DNA of 64,000 nucleotides, taken from contig JBNAAJ010000005.1 in NCBI GenBank assembly GCA_049631145.1, positions 1,546 to 65,545 of the forward strand, read 5' to 3'. The notes below the pieces were generated by a model that was given only the letters and a program-made list of their open reading frames with translations, was not told the DNA's origin and made no database searches. Positions within the stretch are counted from its first letter, which is position 1, and each line of letters opens with the position of its first letter. The stretch comes from Porticoccaceae bacterium (GTDB taxonomy: Bacteria; Pseudomonadota; Gammaproteobacteria; Pseudomonadales; Porticoccaceae). Below are positions 42,922-54,170 of this stretch, piece after piece. The translations under genes and the position numbers were made by a program.

Positions 42922-44194
42922 TCGCAGTCTTGCTGATTGGCTGGATCTTCTAGAGAGCAGGCATCCCAGCGAGATTGAACTCGGCTTACAGCGTGTTAAT
43001 CAAGTCTGGCAAAGACTCCAAGTCTCGCAGGGATTACAGCGTCAAACAGCACCATTGGCAATTACTGTGGCTGGAACCAATGGTAAAGGCTCCTGTCTCG
43101 CCTGTATGCAAGCGCTATGTCTTGCGCAGGGCTACTCAGTGGGTCTGTTTACCTCGCCGCATTTTATGCGCTATAACGAGCGTATATGTCTCAATGGTGA
43201 GCCCGTCGGCGATAGTCTAATCGTAAGCGCGTTTGAGCAGATTGAGCATTATTGTGAAGATATCTCATTAACCTATTTTGAATTTGGCACGCTGGCGGCC
43301 TTATTAATTTTTTATCAGGCGCAGCCAGATGTAATGTTATTGGAAGTCGGCCTAGGTGGCCGTTTGGATGCTATCAATATTATCGATGCGGATGTTGCGG
43401 TGGTCACCAGCATTGCATTAGACCATCAGGATTGGCTAGGTGACACGAGAGAGCTGATTGCCAGAGAAAAGTTGGGTATTGCTCGTCGTAATCGACCATT
43501 GATTATCGGTGAGCAGGATCATCCTCTGGGCTTTGAGCAAATGGTTGCTGAGACTGGCGCCATTGCATTGTATGCGGGTAAAGATTTCTCTTGCACCGAA
43601 GAAGATCCCTTTTCGGTTGAGTTAGTCGGTAATGCTGGTCCATGGCAGATCGGGTCATTGCGCCAGTCTAGCTTGCTGGCTATCAATAAAACTGTTGCGC
43701 TTCAGGCACTCTGTGCGGCAGGGTTGACACTAGATGCCGGCCAAAGTCGCAGTGCGTTAAATACTGTTGCTCTGATGGGTCGGCAACAGCGACTCAACTT
43801 TCGTGGGTTGGAGGTGATCTTAGATGTCGCTCATAATCCAGCGGCGGCTAAGGCATTGGCCGAATGTTTGCGCACGGAGGAAAATCCGTTAATAGCAGTG
43901 GCTTCAGTATTGGGTGATAAGGATTGGCCGGGGATTGTGCATGAAATGAGCGCTGTTATTGCACATTGGCATATCGCTGAAATAAGCGATAGTTCGAGAG
44001 CCAGTAAAGGACAATATCTGTTCGAATTGTTATACAATGCTGGGCAATCAGGTGATTTGTATGAATCCATCAGGCAGGCATTTTTAGAGGCCATTAATAT
44101 GGCAACGGAGTCACATAAAATCGTCGTGTTTGGCTCTTTCCATACAGTTGCGTTGGTCTTGGATTTGATTTTGGCAGAGGTCAAAAGTGAGTAA
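42914..44194 (+). CDS. folC: Bifunctional folylpolyglutamate synthase/dihydrofolate synthase
   Basis: [39 protein letters not shown]. Confidence 0.96.
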   Translation: MADRSLADWLDLLESRHPSEIELGLQRVNQVWQRLQVSQGLQRQTAPLAITVAGTNGKGSCLACMQALCLAQGYSVGLFTSPHFMRYNERICLNGEPVGDSLIVSAFEQIEHYCEDISLTYFEFGTLAALLIFYQAQPDVMLLEVGLGGRLDAINIIDADVAVVTSIALDHQDWLGDTRELIAREKLGIARRNRPLIIGEQDHPLGFEQMVAETGAIALYAGKDFSCTEEDPFSVELVGNAGPWQIGSLRQSSLLAINKTVALQALCAAGLTLDAGQSRSALNTVALMGRQQRLNFRGLEVILDVAHNPAAAKALAECLRTEENPLIAVASVLGDKDWPGIVHEMSAVIAHWHIAEISDSSRASKGQYLFELLYNAGQSGDLYESIRQAFLEAINMATESHKIVVFGSFHTVALVLDLILAEVKSE

Positions 44195-44705
44195 AGGTTT
44201 ACAACAGAGAATTGTCGGAGCATTGGTGCTGGGTGCGCTGGGCCTGATTATCCTCCCTGTGCTATTTGATTTTACTGCCCCCAGTCGTATTGATCGTAGC
44301 ACCAAGTTACCTCCAGCGCCCGAGATCAGTGCGGTCACTGTGATCAAGGCCGAGCGACCCGCCGCAGTGACCGGTGATGTCTTGGACAATGCTATTTTCG
44401 ATGTAAGTAAGTTGGTTGCCGCCACAGCCGATGAAGCACCCATCGCATTAAATGAACAAAACTTGCCCAAACGTTGGTACATAAAAGTGGGTAGCTTTGG
44501 CAATAAAGACAATGCCGACACCGCTTTGACCACTTTGCGTAATCAAGGGTTTAAAGCCTTTGTTAAAAAAATGGATCAGCAAGGTGGGCGTCTTTATGAA
44601 ATCTGGGTTGGCCCTAATATTGATAAGCGTCGAGCGACAGCGGATCAAATAAATATCGACAAGCTACTCAAGGTTAAGTCTAAGATGTTTGCTGCGATAT
44701 TATAA
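44187..44705 (+). CDS. dedD: SPOR-domain cell division protein DedD
   Basis: QRIVGALVL.AL..I.LP TM; C-terminal W.I.VGSF....NA...VGP SPOR domain; folC-dedD-cvpA synteny. Confidence 0.88.
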   Translation: MSKGLQQRIVGALVLGALGLIILPVLFDFTAPSRIDRSTKLPPAPEISAVTVIKAERPAAVTGDVLDNAIFDVSKLVAATADEAPIALNEQNLPKRWYIKVGSFGNKDNADTALTTLRNQGFKAFVKKMDQQGGRLYEIWVGPNIDKRRATADQINIDKLLKVKSKMFAAIL

Positions 44706-44725
44706 GTTATGGTTGCTTGATCGTT

Positions 44726-45226
44726 ATGGATATAGCCACTGCAGATATCGCTATTGTCACTATCGTCGCAATCTCTGGGCTGATCAGCTTGATACGTGGG
44801 TTTGTTAAAGAAGCCATGTCTCTGGTCATATGGGTTGCCGCCTTTGCGGTCGCTATGACGTTCAAAGAAATGGTAGCTGATATGCTGGTGAATGTTATTG
44901 CTCTGACATCGATGCGCCAACTCGCCGCTTGGGCAGGATTGTTTGTTGGTACTTTACTAGTGGGTGCCATGGTGAATTTTTTATTGGGCAAGCTAGTGAG
45001 CTCAACAGGACTGAGCGGAACGGACAGAACGTTGGGCCTGGTTTTTGGTGTGTTTAGGGGGTTGTTGGTGGTGCTGGCAATAGTCATAATTTTGCCCAAA
45101 GCTGTGCCGGTCGAACAAGACCCTTGGTGGATAGCGTCGTCACTTATTCCAATGTTTCAGGATTTTGAAACCTGGGGCAAAGAAGTGGCAGGTGCTGTGA
45201 AAGACTTCTTAACGAGTTGGATGTAG
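44726..45226 (+). CDS. cvpA: CvpA family membrane protein
   Basis: S.LISL.RGFVKEA.SL..W, GLSGTDR.LG.VFG..RG. Confidence 0.93.
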   Translation: MDIATADIAIVTIVAISGLISLIRGFVKEAMSLVIWVAAFAVAMTFKEMVADMLVNVIALTSMRQLAAWAGLFVGTLLVGAMVNFLLGKLVSSTGLSGTDRTLGLVFGVFRGLLVVLAIVIILPKAVPVEQDPWWIASSLIPMFQDFETWGKEVAGAVKDFLTSWM

Positions 45227-45229
45227 CCC

Positions 45230-46759
45230 ATGTGTGGTGTGGTTGGAATATCAGGAACTTCAGATGTAAATTTACGGCTCTACGATGCGCTGACCATGTT
45301 GCAGCACCGTGGGCAGGATGCAGCCGGTATCGTTACCGAAGCCAATGGTGAATTGCACCAGTGCAAAGGTGAGGGGTTGGTGCGAGATGTATTCCGTCGC
45401 AGCCATATGGTCCGTTTAATCGGTGACGTGGGGATTGGTCATGTGCGTTATCCCACAGCGGGTAGTTCAGGCCCAGCATTGGCACAGCCGCTCTACGTGA
45501 ATTCTCCCTACGGTATTTGCATGGCGCATAACGGCAATCTGACCAATGCCGACGAATTGCGTGAGCATATTTTCCGCGCTGACCTGCGCCACCTCAATAC
45601 TGACTCTGACTCAGAAGTGCTACTCAATGTGTTTGCCCATGAATTGCAAATGCGCGGCAAACTTGAGCCTACCAGTAGTGATATATTTGCCGCTGTTGAG
45701 CATGTTCACAATCGTTGCCGCGGTGCCTATGCCGTGGTCGGACTCATTGCCAACTATGGTATGTTCGCCTTTCGCGACCCTCGCGGTATTCGCCCGCTTT
45801 GTTTTGGCGTGCGGGATTCCGAGGGCGGTAAAGAGTATGCAGTGGTATCAGAGTCTGTGGTTCTAGATAGTCTTGGCTTTGATTTAATCCGCGATTTGGC
45901 CCCCGGAGAAGCGCTATTTGTCGATAAAAGTGGTGATATCCACTTGCAGCAGTGCGCCACAGACCATGAGCTAGCCCCCTGTATTTTTGAGCATGTCTAT
46001 TTCGCTCGTCCAGACTCTTTAATGGATAATATTTCGGTATACAAATGTCGTCTGCGTATGGGAGAGAAACTTGCTGAAAAGCTCCTGCGCACTAAGCCAG
46101 ATCATGATATTGATGTGGTCATACCTATTCCCGATACCAGCCGCGTGTCAGCACAGGCATTGGCGGAAAGACTCGGGGTGAAGTTGCGTGAAGGCTTTAT
46201 GAAGAATCGCTACATTGGTCGCACCTTTATTATGCCAGGGCAGACCGAGCGTAAAAAGTCAGTGCGACAAAAACTCAATGCCGTAAAGCTAGAATTTGCC
46301 GGCAAAAATGTGCTGCTTATTGACGATAGTATTGTCCGCGGTACGACGTCGCAAGAGATTATCCAGATGGCTCGCGATGCCGGCGCTAATAAGGTGTATA
46401 TGGCATCAGCGGCACCAGGTGTGCGCTACCCCAATGTATACGGCATTGATATGCCCTCCGCTAAGGAGCTTATTGCTCATGGTCGCAGTGATGACGAGGT
46501 TGGCGAGATTATCGGTGCGGACTGGATAATTTATCAAGATCTCGATGATCTAATTGCCTCTGGTACCGAGGGTAACGAGGAGGTCAGTCGTTTTGAATGC
46601 TCAGTCTTTGATGGCAACTATATTACTGGTGATGTTGATACAGCTTATTTAGATCGTATCGACCGATTGCGTAATGATGCGGCAAAACAAAAAGCAGACC
46701 CCAGTGCCGAACCTAAAAAAGGTGAGGTAATAGGCATTCATAATAATAGCGTGAGCTAA
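45230..46759 (+). CDS. purF: Amidophosphoribosyltransferase
   Basis: N-terminal [49 protein letters not shown]. Confidence 0.98.
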   Translation: MCGVVGISGTSDVNLRLYDALTMLQHRGQDAAGIVTEANGELHQCKGEGLVRDVFRRSHMVRLIGDVGIGHVRYPTAGSSGPALAQPLYVNSPYGICMAHNGNLTNADELREHIFRADLRHLNTDSDSEVLLNVFAHELQMRGKLEPTSSDIFAAVEHVHNRCRGAYAVVGLIANYGMFAFRDPRGIRPLCFGVRDSEGGKEYAVVSESVVLDSLGFDLIRDLAPGEALFVDKSGDIHLQQCATDHELAPCIFEHVYFARPDSLMDNISVYKCRLRMGEKLAEKLLRTKPDHDIDVVIPIPDTSRVSAQALAERLGVKLREGFMKNRYIGRTFIMPGQTERKKSVRQKLNAVKLEFAGKNVLLIDDSIVRGTTSQEIIQMARDAGANKVYMASAAPGVRYPNVYGIDMPSAKELIAHGRSDDEVGEIIGADWIIYQDLDDLIASGTEGNEEVSRFECSVFDGNYITGDVDTAYLDRIDRLRNDAAKQKADPSAEPKKGEVIGIHNNSVS

Positions 46760-46778
46760 TCGCAAACGGGATAGTAAT

Positions 46779-47963
46779 ATGGGTAAGGACAGTGACGACT
46801 TGCAGCAGGATACGCTAGCTATTCGCGGAGGTTACCAACGCACGCAAGAAAATGAACATGCAGAGGCGATGTTTTTAACCTCCAGTTATGTTTTCGAAAA
46901 TGCCGCTATGGCGGCCAAATACTTCAGTAATGAAGTTCAGGGCAATGTTTATTCTCGCTACACCAACCCCACGGTGCGCAGCTTTGAGCAGCGTCTTGCC
47001 GCAATGGAAGGGGCCGAACAGGGCGTAGCTACTGCATCAGGGATGGCTGCAACACTCAGTGTGATTATGGCCCTTTTGCAGTCGGGCGATCATATTGTCT
47101 GTTCACAGGATGTGTTTGGTAGCACCAGGGTGATGATGGATAAATATATTGCCAAATTTGGTGTTTCAGTCAGCTATGTGCCACTGGTTGACCTCGACGC
47201 ATGGCAAGCGGCGATAAAGTCTAATACCAAGATGCTGTTTTGTGAAACACCGTCTAATCCCTTATCGGAAATAGCCGACCTTGAGGGGTTATCCGCTGTG
47301 GCGAAAAGTGCAGAGGCACTGCTGGTAGTGGATAACTGTTTTTGCACCCCAGTATTACAAAAACCACTGCAATGGGGCGCCGATATTGTCGTGCACTCGG
47401 CGACCAAATATATTGATGGTCAGGGCCGTTGCTTGGGTGGCGCCGTTGTCGGTAGCGCTGGCTTGATGGAGCAGGTGGAAGGCTTTTTGCGTGCTGCAGG
47501 GCCAACCATGAGCCCATTTAATGCTTGGGTATTTCTAAAGGGCCTTGAGACATTGCGTATTCGTATGCAGGCGCATTCTGCTAATGCTGCCGCATTGGCC
47601 AATTGGTTACAGGAGCATTCAGCCGTTGCCAAGGTTTACTATAGTGGCCTAGTTAATCATCCCGGACATGCATTGGCAAAAAAACAACAGACCGATTTCG
47701 GTGGTGTTGTCGCCTTTGAAGTAGAGGGTGGGCAAGCGGCTGCATGGCGCGTGATCGACAGTACACAAATGCTGTCGCTTACAGCAAATTTAGGTGATGC
47801 TAAAACCACCATTGTCCATCCGGCAACAACGACTCACGGTCGCTTGTCGGATGCGCAGAGATTGGAGGCAGGTATTAGTGATGGTTTGATCCGAGTTGCA
47901 GTGGGTCTAGAAGATATAATTGATATTAAAGCAGATCTCGAGCGCGGGCTGGCGGTGCTATAA
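46779..47963 (+). CDS. metZ: O-succinylhomoserine sulfhydrylase
   Basis: [50 protein letters not shown]; follows purF as in Pseudomonas. Confidence 0.94.
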   Translation: MGKDSDDLQQDTLAIRGGYQRTQENEHAEAMFLTSSYVFENAAMAAKYFSNEVQGNVYSRYTNPTVRSFEQRLAAMEGAEQGVATASGMAATLSVIMALLQSGDHIVCSQDVFGSTRVMMDKYIAKFGVSVSYVPLVDLDAWQAAIKSNTKMLFCETPSNPLSEIADLEGLSAVAKSAEALLVVDNCFCTPVLQKPLQWGADIVVHSATKYIDGQGRCLGGAVVGSAGLMEQVEGFLRAAGPTMSPFNAWVFLKGLETLRIRMQAHSANAAALANWLQEHSAVAKVYYSGLVNHPGHALAKKQQTDFGGVVAFEVEGGQAAAWRVIDSTQMLSLTANLGDAKTTIVHPATTTHGRLSDAQRLEAGISDGLIRVAVGLEDIIDIKADLERGLAVL

Positions 47964-47976
47964 GCTAGGTGTAACT

Positions 47977-48603
47977 ATGTTTTTTAAATCCTCTGCAATA
48001 CCGACTGCCGATCAAGCCTTGCCAGGGCGCAATACTGAGATGACCGTCAATAATCTTAATTTTATTAATAACCAGCCGATCAAAGGTCCTTTTGCTGAGG
48101 GTTTGCATATAGCCTATTTCGCTATGGGTTGCTTTTGGGGCGCTGAACGTCGCTTCTGGCAACAGGCTGGGGTGGTGACAACAGCCGTTGGTTATGCCGG
48201 TGGTCATACGCCAAACCCTACTTATGAGGAAACCTGTAGCGGTTTAACTGGGCATACCGAAGTGGTGCTGGTGGTATTTGATCCTGAGCTGATTAGCTAC
48301 AATCAGTTACTGGCGGTATTTTGGGAGGCCCATGATCCCACTCAAGGCATGCGTCAGGGCAATGACCGCGGTTCACAGTACCGTTCGGCCATTTACTGCA
48401 CTAGCACAGCACAGCTTGAGGCGGCCACTTTATCAGCGCAATCAGTACAGCAACAGCTAACTGACCTCGGCTATGGCGCTATCACCTCAGAGATTATCAC
48501 AGCCCCAACCTTCTATTATGCGGAGGAATACCATCAGCAGTATCTAGCCAAAAACCCGGCAGGCTACTGTGGTTTGCGTGGTACAGGCATTAGCTGTAGC
48601 TGA
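47977..48603 (+). CDS. msrA: Peptide-methionine (S)-S-oxide reductase
   Basis: [15 protein letters not shown]...[26 protein letters not shown]. Confidence 0.96.
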   Translation: MFFKSSAIPTADQALPGRNTEMTVNNLNFINNQPIKGPFAEGLHIAYFAMGCFWGAERRFWQQAGVVTTAVGYAGGHTPNPTYEETCSGLTGHTEVVLVVFDPELISYNQLLAVFWEAHDPTQGMRQGNDRGSQYRSAIYCTSTAQLEAATLSAQSVQQQLTDLGYGAITSEIITAPTFYYAEEYHQQYLAKNPAGYCGLRGTGISCS

Positions 48604-48653
48604 ACCGAGTGCGGTTTTGTTGTGCCGGTGATATCGCTATAAATACCACTGCG

Positions 48654-50303
48654 TTAACGAGTGGATAAGCGACTGCGTTCTTTTTGCGGATCTGCCAGCG
48701 GAATCGCTTTGAGCAGATCCTGAGTATAGGCTTGTTCAGGATTTGCCCACAGTGTTTCAGTAACTCCCTGTTCTACTAAAACACCATGATGCATAACCAT
48801 CACCCGATCCGAAATAGTGCGTACCACAGATAGATCATGAGAGATAAATAACATGGTCAAATTATGGCGCTCTACCAATGACAGAATCAGCTCTAGCACC
48901 TGTGCTTGAATCGTGACATCCAGTGCCGAGACGGGTTCATCAGCAACAATAAAATCCGGTTTAGTGGCAATGGCGCGGCCAATGGCGATACGCTGGCGTT
49001 GACCGCCGGAAAACTCGTGGGGGTATTTGCGCATATTGGCTCTTGCTAGACCGACATCATCCATCAACTGTTGTACCTGATGATCGATAGTGCTGCTGTC
49101 GGCAAGACCCTGATAAAGCAATGGTTCGGCCAATGTCTGGTACACCGTCATACGCGGATTAAGTGAGGCATAGGGGTCTTGGAAAATCATTTGCATGCGT
49201 TTACGCCATGGCATCAATTGCTTAGCATTGAGGTCGCTTAACACAGTGCCATCGACACTGATCGTACCCGATGTGGTGGGGGCGAGTTGTAGAATCGCTC
49301 GACCAAGGGTTGATTTACCCGAGCCAGATTCTCCCACCAGCCCAAGAATTTCACCGCGTTGGATTGATAGCGATACATCATCCACAGCTTTTATTTGACG
49401 CTTTTCGGCTCGCGCCGCAGGGCTTGAGTAATCATTGAAATAGGTTTTTAAATGGCGCACCTCAATTAATGGTTGGCCAGCTTCAGCCCTATTTTCCATG
49501 GTTTTTGCGCCGGTCGGAATAGCGGCCAACAGACTCTTGGTATAGGCATTGTCACTGTGATAAAAAATCGCTTCAGTATCGGCCGTTTCACGCACTGTGC
49601 CCTGACACATAACCATAATTTTATCGGCAATACCGGCAACAACACCGAGATCATGGCTAATAAAAATAACAGCCATATCACGGTTTTGCTGCAACTTTTT
49701 GATCAGTTCAAGTATCTGTGCCTGTATGGTCACATCTAATGCGGTGGTGGGCTCATCACAAATTAGTAATCTGGGCTGGGTAATCAGTGCCATAGCAATC
49801 ATTACCCGTTGACGCATGCCACCAGAGAATTCGTGAGCATAGCAGTGAAAACGACTGTGCGGATCGACGATACCCACCTCATTTAATAACGCGATGGCTC
49901 TAGTCTGTGCCGCATCTCGACTGAGTCGGAAGTTTTTATCTGGATGATAAATCAGCGGCTCTATCAGTTGCTCGCCTATGCTGATAAAGGGATTCAATGA
50001 GGTCATCGGATCTTGAAAAATCACCGCGATATCATTGCCACGGATGCGGCGCATCCGGTCGCGACTGCAGGTTAATAAATCCTCACCGTCAAATAGGGCA
50101 CTGCCGGATTCAATCTTGGCTGGTGGCTTGGGTAGCAAATCCAGCAGACTGTAGCAGGTGACTGATTTGCCTGAACCGGACTCCCCGACGATGGCGAGGG
50201 TTTCACCGCTATCGACCGAGAAACTGACATCATCAACGGCCTTGACCACACCATCTCTGGTATGAAAATAAATTTTAAGTCCATTGACATCGAGAAGGGC
50301 CAT
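48654..50303 (-). CDS. Oligopeptide ABC transporter, fused double ATPase (OppD/F-like)
   Basis: Two GESGSGKS Walker A motifs, two FSGG.RQR signatures, DEP..ALDVTIQAQ. Confidence 0.93.
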   Translation of the reverse strand: MALLDVNGLKIYFHTRDGVVKAVDDVSFSVDSGETLAIVGESGSGKSVTCYSLLDLLPKPPAKIESGSALFDGEDLLTCSRDRMRRIRGNDIAVIFQDPMTSLNPFISIGEQLIEPLIYHPDKNFRLSRDAAQTRAIALLNEVGIVDPHSRFHCYAHEFSGGMRQRVMIAMALITQPRLLICDEPTTALDVTIQAQILELIKKLQQNRDMAVIFISHDLGVVAGIADKIMVMCQGTVRETADTEAIFYHSDNAYTKSLLAAIPTGAKTMENRAEAGQPLIEVRHLKTYFNDYSSPAARAEKRQIKAVDDVSLSIQRGEILGLVGESGSGKSTLGRAILQLAPTTSGTISVDGTVLSDLNAKQLMPWRKRMQMIFQDPYASLNPRMTVYQTLAEPLLYQGLADSSTIDHQVQQLMDDVGLARANMRKYPHEFSGGQRQRIAIGRAIATKPDFIVADEPVSALDVTIQAQVLELILSLVERHNLTMLFISHDLSVVRTISDRVMVMHHGVLVEQGVTETLWANPEQAYTQDLLKAIPLADPQKERSRLSTR

Positions 50304-50318
50304 TGGCTGTGTCCTATA

Positions 50319-51194
50319 TCAGTCTTTTGATGCGCGTGGATCAAGCGCATCGCGTAAGCCATCGCCAAGAAAATTCAGGGCAAAAAGCGTGAGTGATAGG
50401 GTAATCCCAGGGAAAATAAGTAACCAGGGGTACTCCTCCATGGTTTCAACACCATAGTTAATCAGCAGACCCCAAGAGCTTTGCGGTGGCTGTATACCCA
50501 GACCCAAGAAGCTGAGAAAGGCCTCCAATAACATCACGCTAGGAATCGTTAAGGTGGTGTAGACAATTACCGGTCCCAATGTATTGGGAATAATATGGCG
50601 TCGAACAATGGTCCATTGTGAAAGGCCCATAGAATAAGCAGCTTCGATAAATTCCTGCTTACGCAAATTCATTACCTGACTGCGCACAATACGTGCCATG
50701 GTAAGCCATTCCACCGCGCCAATAGCTAAAAATAGCAGCAGGATATTGCGCCCAAAGACCACCATCAGTAGCACAATAAAAATCATAAAAGGCAGTGCGT
50801 ACATAATATCGACAATACGCATCATTACCGCATCGACACGGCCGCCAACAAAACCGGCAATCGCACCCCACAACACGCCGATAATCAGTGCCACGGCAGT
50901 GGCGATAAAGCCAACGGTAAGCGAGACGCGGCCACCATACATAATACGTGTGAGCATATCGCGACCAAAAATATCGGTTCCTAGCCAGTGCTGGAGCGAG
51001 GGCGCCGTGGCGCCGAGCATAAGGTTTTGTTCTTCATAGCCATAGGGTGCTATCCATGGTGTTAGTAGTGACACCAGGCACAGCAGGATCATGATGCCAA
51101 GACCCAATAAGGCAAGATAATTTTTGCTTAGCTTAATCCAAGCATCGCGCCACAATGAGCTACCTTTTTCCTCACCGAGGATTTGGCTATCCAT
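50319..51194 (-). CDS. oppC: Oligopeptide ABC transporter permease (OppC-like)
   Basis: HWLGTD..GRD...R..YGGR.SL, EF.EAA..MG, EAFLSFLGLG, NFLGDGLRDALDPR. Confidence 0.9.
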   Translation of the reverse strand: MDSQILGEEKGSSLWRDAWIKLSKNYLALLGLGIMILLCLVSLLTPWIAPYGYEEQNLMLGATAPSLQHWLGTDIFGRDMLTRIMYGGRVSLTVGFIATAVALIIGVLWGAIAGFVGGRVDAVMMRIVDIMYALPFMIFIVLLMVVFGRNILLLFLAIGAVEWLTMARIVRSQVMNLRKQEFIEAAYSMGLSQWTIVRRHIIPNTLGPVIVYTTLTIPSVMLLEAFLSFLGLGIQPPQSSWGLLINYGVETMEEYPWLLIFPGITLSLTLFALNFLGDGLRDALDPRASKD

Positions 51195-52129
51195 TAGTGC
51201 TCTCCTGCGCCCTGTTGGCGTAGCTTTGGGTTTAGCCATAGAGCCAACATATCGGACAATAGATTAAATAGGGTAATCAAAGTGGCAAAGAATATGGTCA
51301 TACCCAGGATCATGGTGTAGTCGCGATTAAATGCGGCCTGTACATAGAAGCGTCCCAGACCAGGTATTTGAAAAATGGTTTCCACCACAAATGAGCCGCC
51401 GAGCAGGCCAGCAAAAGCGGGACCCAAAAAAGCCACCACTGGAATCAAGCCACCGCGAAGTGCATGTTTAAAAATAATTAACGGCTCCGAGAGACCTTTG
51501 GCTCGGGCTGTGCGGATATAGTCCTGTGATAGTACTTCAAGCATACCGCCGCGGGATAGTCTTGCGATATAGGCCGCATAGCCTGTCCCCAGTGTGATGG
51601 CCGGTAAAATTTTATCACCGGGAATATCACCCCAACCCGATACCGGTAGCCATTCTAGGTGAATGCCAAATACTAATACCAAGAGCGGGCCAAGTAGAAA
51701 AGAGGGCATACAAATGCCCAGCATCGCTGCCGACATGGGCAGATAATCTTGCATAGTATTAGGTCGTATAGCCGCCAATACTCCGGCACTCACTCCAATC
51801 ACTAGCGCTACTAACATCGCATATAGGGCTAACTCTGCAGTGGCGGGTAGACCAGCGGCAATTAATTCGTTGACTGTGCGCCCGGAGTATTTAAATGAAG
51901 GTCCTAAGTCCCCTTGTAGCACATCACCCAAATAGCTGAGATATTGCTGCCATAGCGGTTGATCAAGATTGTACTGCGCCTCCAACGCGCGAATCACCTC
52001 GGGTGGCACTGCTTTGTCGGCAGAGAAGGGACCGCCGGGTGCGCTGTGCACCAGTAAAAAGGTTGCACTAATAACAATAAGTAATACTGGGATCGCTTGC
52101 AGTAGACGACCAAGCGCAAATCTTAGCAT
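51194..52129 (-). CDS. oppB: Oligopeptide ABC transporter permease (OppB-like)
   Basis: APGGPF, GDLGPSFKY, DYIRTARAKGL, VVETIF.IPGLGR, NRDY. Confidence 0.9.
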   Translation of the reverse strand: MLRFALGRLLQAIPVLLIVISATFLLVHSAPGGPFSADKAVPPEVIRALEAQYNLDQPLWQQYLSYLGDVLQGDLGPSFKYSGRTVNELIAAGLPATAELALYAMLVALVIGVSAGVLAAIRPNTMQDYLPMSAAMLGICMPSFLLGPLLVLVFGIHLEWLPVSGWGDIPGDKILPAITLGTGYAAYIARLSRGGMLEVLSQDYIRTARAKGLSEPLIIFKHALRGGLIPVVAFLGPAFAGLLGGSFVVETIFQIPGLGRFYVQAAFNRDYTMILGMTIFFATLITLFNLLSDMLALWLNPKLRQQGAGEH

Positions 52130-53790
52130 TATGGTTTGCCCTCTTGGTTAGGCTCAAGATAGATCTCACTAAAAGAGGGTTGATTAAGAATATTACCACT
52201 AAAATTTTTAACTGATGGATCCACAAGATTATTGGAGGTATAGATATAAATCGGTATTACCGGCATTTCCGCCAGCAGCATTTTCTCTGCCCGCGTAAAA
52301 ATAGCTAATCGTTCGGCATGGGTTTTGGCCTCTGCGGCATCGGTCAATATCAGTTTGTCGTAGTCTGGGTTACACCAGCCAGTGCGATTATTGCCGCCAT
52401 TGCAGAGAAACATATCGAGAAAATTATTAGGGTCAACATAGTCGCCAATCCAGCCCGCCCGCGAGATCTGATAGTCACCAATCGCCTCGCTATTGAGGTA
52501 GACCTTCCATTCCTGATTGAGCAGGGTGACATCGATATTAAGATGCTGCTTCCACATCTGTTGGATGGCGACAGCTATTTTGCGATGACCCTCGCTAGTG
52601 TTGTAAAGAATTTCTGTGCTTGGAAAGCCCTCGCCATTGGGATAGCCGGCATCAGCTAAAAGCTGTCGTGCTGTCTGTGGGTCAAAGCGCAGATCACTCT
52701 GCGGGTAATAACCCATAGTGCCTGGAGGCGTCATGGCATAGGCGGGGATCTGACCGGCTTTAAGGATACGCTGGGTAATTTGATCACGATCAATGGTCAT
52801 GCCAAGCGCGCGGCGAACGCGTTTATCCTGTAATTGTGGGACGCGCACATTAATTCGATAAAAGTAGATACCCAAGTAGGGACTAATGCGCAGTGCAGGA
52901 TGATTATTGTTCTGATAGGCGGCTATTTTATCAGCCGGCACGGTGCCGCTGTAATGGAGTTGCCCCGCACGAAACATACGTTCCTCAGTGACAGCATTTT
53001 CGGTGGGGTAATAAACAATATTATTGAGTCGTACCTGGTCTGCATTCCAATAGTAGGGGTTGCGCTCAACAACAACCCGTCGATTGATTTTCCAGTCGAG
53101 CAGCTGGAATGCACCATTGCTGACAAGATTGCCTTCATAAGTCCATCGGGTACCACGTTGATCTGCGGTGCCAAACTTTTCCACCGTAGCGCGGTGGACA
53201 GGGTAGAGGCTGTAATGATCGAGAAGCTGTAAAAAATATGGCGTTGGATTTTTTAGGGTAACCTGCAGTGTCAGATCGTCCAGCGCTTTTACACCTACTT
53301 GGTCAAAATCGCTGATCTCACCTTCATAATATCCTTTGGCATTGTCGATGGGAAAATACATATAGGCATAAAGATTACCCAGTGCCGGTTGCAGGGCTCG
53401 CCACCATGACCACACATAATCATGGGCATTATGCGGGTCACCATTTGACCAGCGGGCGTTCTCGCGCAGGTGGAATGTGTACACAAGGCCATCGTCACTG
53501 ATGTCCCAAGACTTGGCGACACCCGGTTTAGGTTCCAGCGTTTCGCGGTCTTTTAGTACCAAGCCTTCCATTAGCGCACTAATAATTTTGTGCTCCGGTA
53601 CGCCCGTTGCAATATGCGGGTCCAAACTCTGCGGTTCAGTACCATTACCCCAGTGCAATGTGCCGGTACGATTGCCTTGGGTAACATTGTTCTCAGTGCT
53701 ACCACAGCCAGTTAATAAAAGGCCGCACAGCAGCACCATTGCAAACAGGTTAAATTTTTCTGGCATTGAAAGGGAGGGCTGGGGCACCAT
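52129..53790 (-). CDS. oppA: Oligopeptide ABC transporter substrate-binding protein (OppA-like), predicted lipoprotein
   Basis: LLLTGC lipobox, EPQSLDP, WSNGDP, NPYYWN, RAGWIGDY.DP..FL. Confidence 0.88.
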   Translation of the reverse strand: MVPQPSLSMPEKFNLFAMVLLCGLLLTGCGSTENNVTQGNRTGTLHWGNGTEPQSLDPHIATGVPEHKIISALMEGLVLKDRETLEPKPGVAKSWDISDDGLVYTFHLRENARWSNGDPHNAHDYVWSWWRALQPALGNLYAYMYFPIDNAKGYYEGEISDFDQVGVKALDDLTLQVTLKNPTPYFLQLLDHYSLYPVHRATVEKFGTADQRGTRWTYEGNLVSNGAFQLLDWKINRRVVVERNPYYWNADQVRLNNIVYYPTENAVTEERMFRAGQLHYSGTVPADKIAAYQNNNHPALRISPYLGIYFYRINVRVPQLQDKRVRRALGMTIDRDQITQRILKAGQIPAYAMTPPGTMGYYPQSDLRFDPQTARQLLADAGYPNGEGFPSTEILYNTSEGHRKIAVAIQQMWKQHLNIDVTLLNQEWKVYLNSEAIGDYQISRAGWIGDYVDPNNFLDMFLCNGGNNRTGWCNPDYDKLILTDAAEAKTHAERLAIFTRAEKMLLAEMPVIPIYIYTSNNLVDPSVKNFSGNILNQPSFSEIYLEPNQEGKP

Positions 53791-53942
53791 CGAGGAGATG
53801 TCCTTAGTTTTTATTTTACAAACTAGTGAAGTTGATCAGGATGGTAAGTGTAAACAAGCTGGTTAGCAATGGGAAGAATCTACCCTCTATAGGTTTCATG
53901 GATTTTTTTCGATCAGTTTCTGCCGTAACCTGCGCGCTATTG

Positions 53943-53971
53943 TTGCACTTATTGTGCAAACCTCGGATAAT
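53943..53971 (+). promoter_or_regulatory. sigma70 promoter of the SRP RNA
   Basis: TTGCAC-17 bp-GATAAT followed by a GC-rich discriminator (CCCGCGCG). Confidence 0.65.
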
Positions 53972-53986
53972 CCCGCGCGACGATTT

Positions 53987-54117
53987 AATGGTGGCCCCCT
54001 TTGGTCCCCTCGCAACAGCCAGCCGCGAACCCCGCCAGGCCCGGAAGGGAGCAACGGTAGTGGTTACGCTGTGTGCCGAGGTGTGGCTACTGGGGGTCAT
54101 CGCCATTAGCCCTTTCC
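53987..54117 (+). ncRNA. ffs: Signal recognition particle 4.5S RNA
   Basis: Helix 8 consensus CCAGGCCCGGAAGGGAGCAACGG within a long hairpin closed by TGGCCCCC/GGGGGTCA; upstream of dnaX; ends approximate. Confidence 0.93.
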
Positions 54118-54170
54118 GCGCTCCCGTTATCTCCCTATAATGACTGTCTTTCATCACAGCAGATGCAGCT

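Noticed and set aside
53816-54157. ORFs of 113 aa (-) and 104 aa (+) between oppA and dnaX
   Set aside because: Both overlap the SRP RNA and its promoter; spurious
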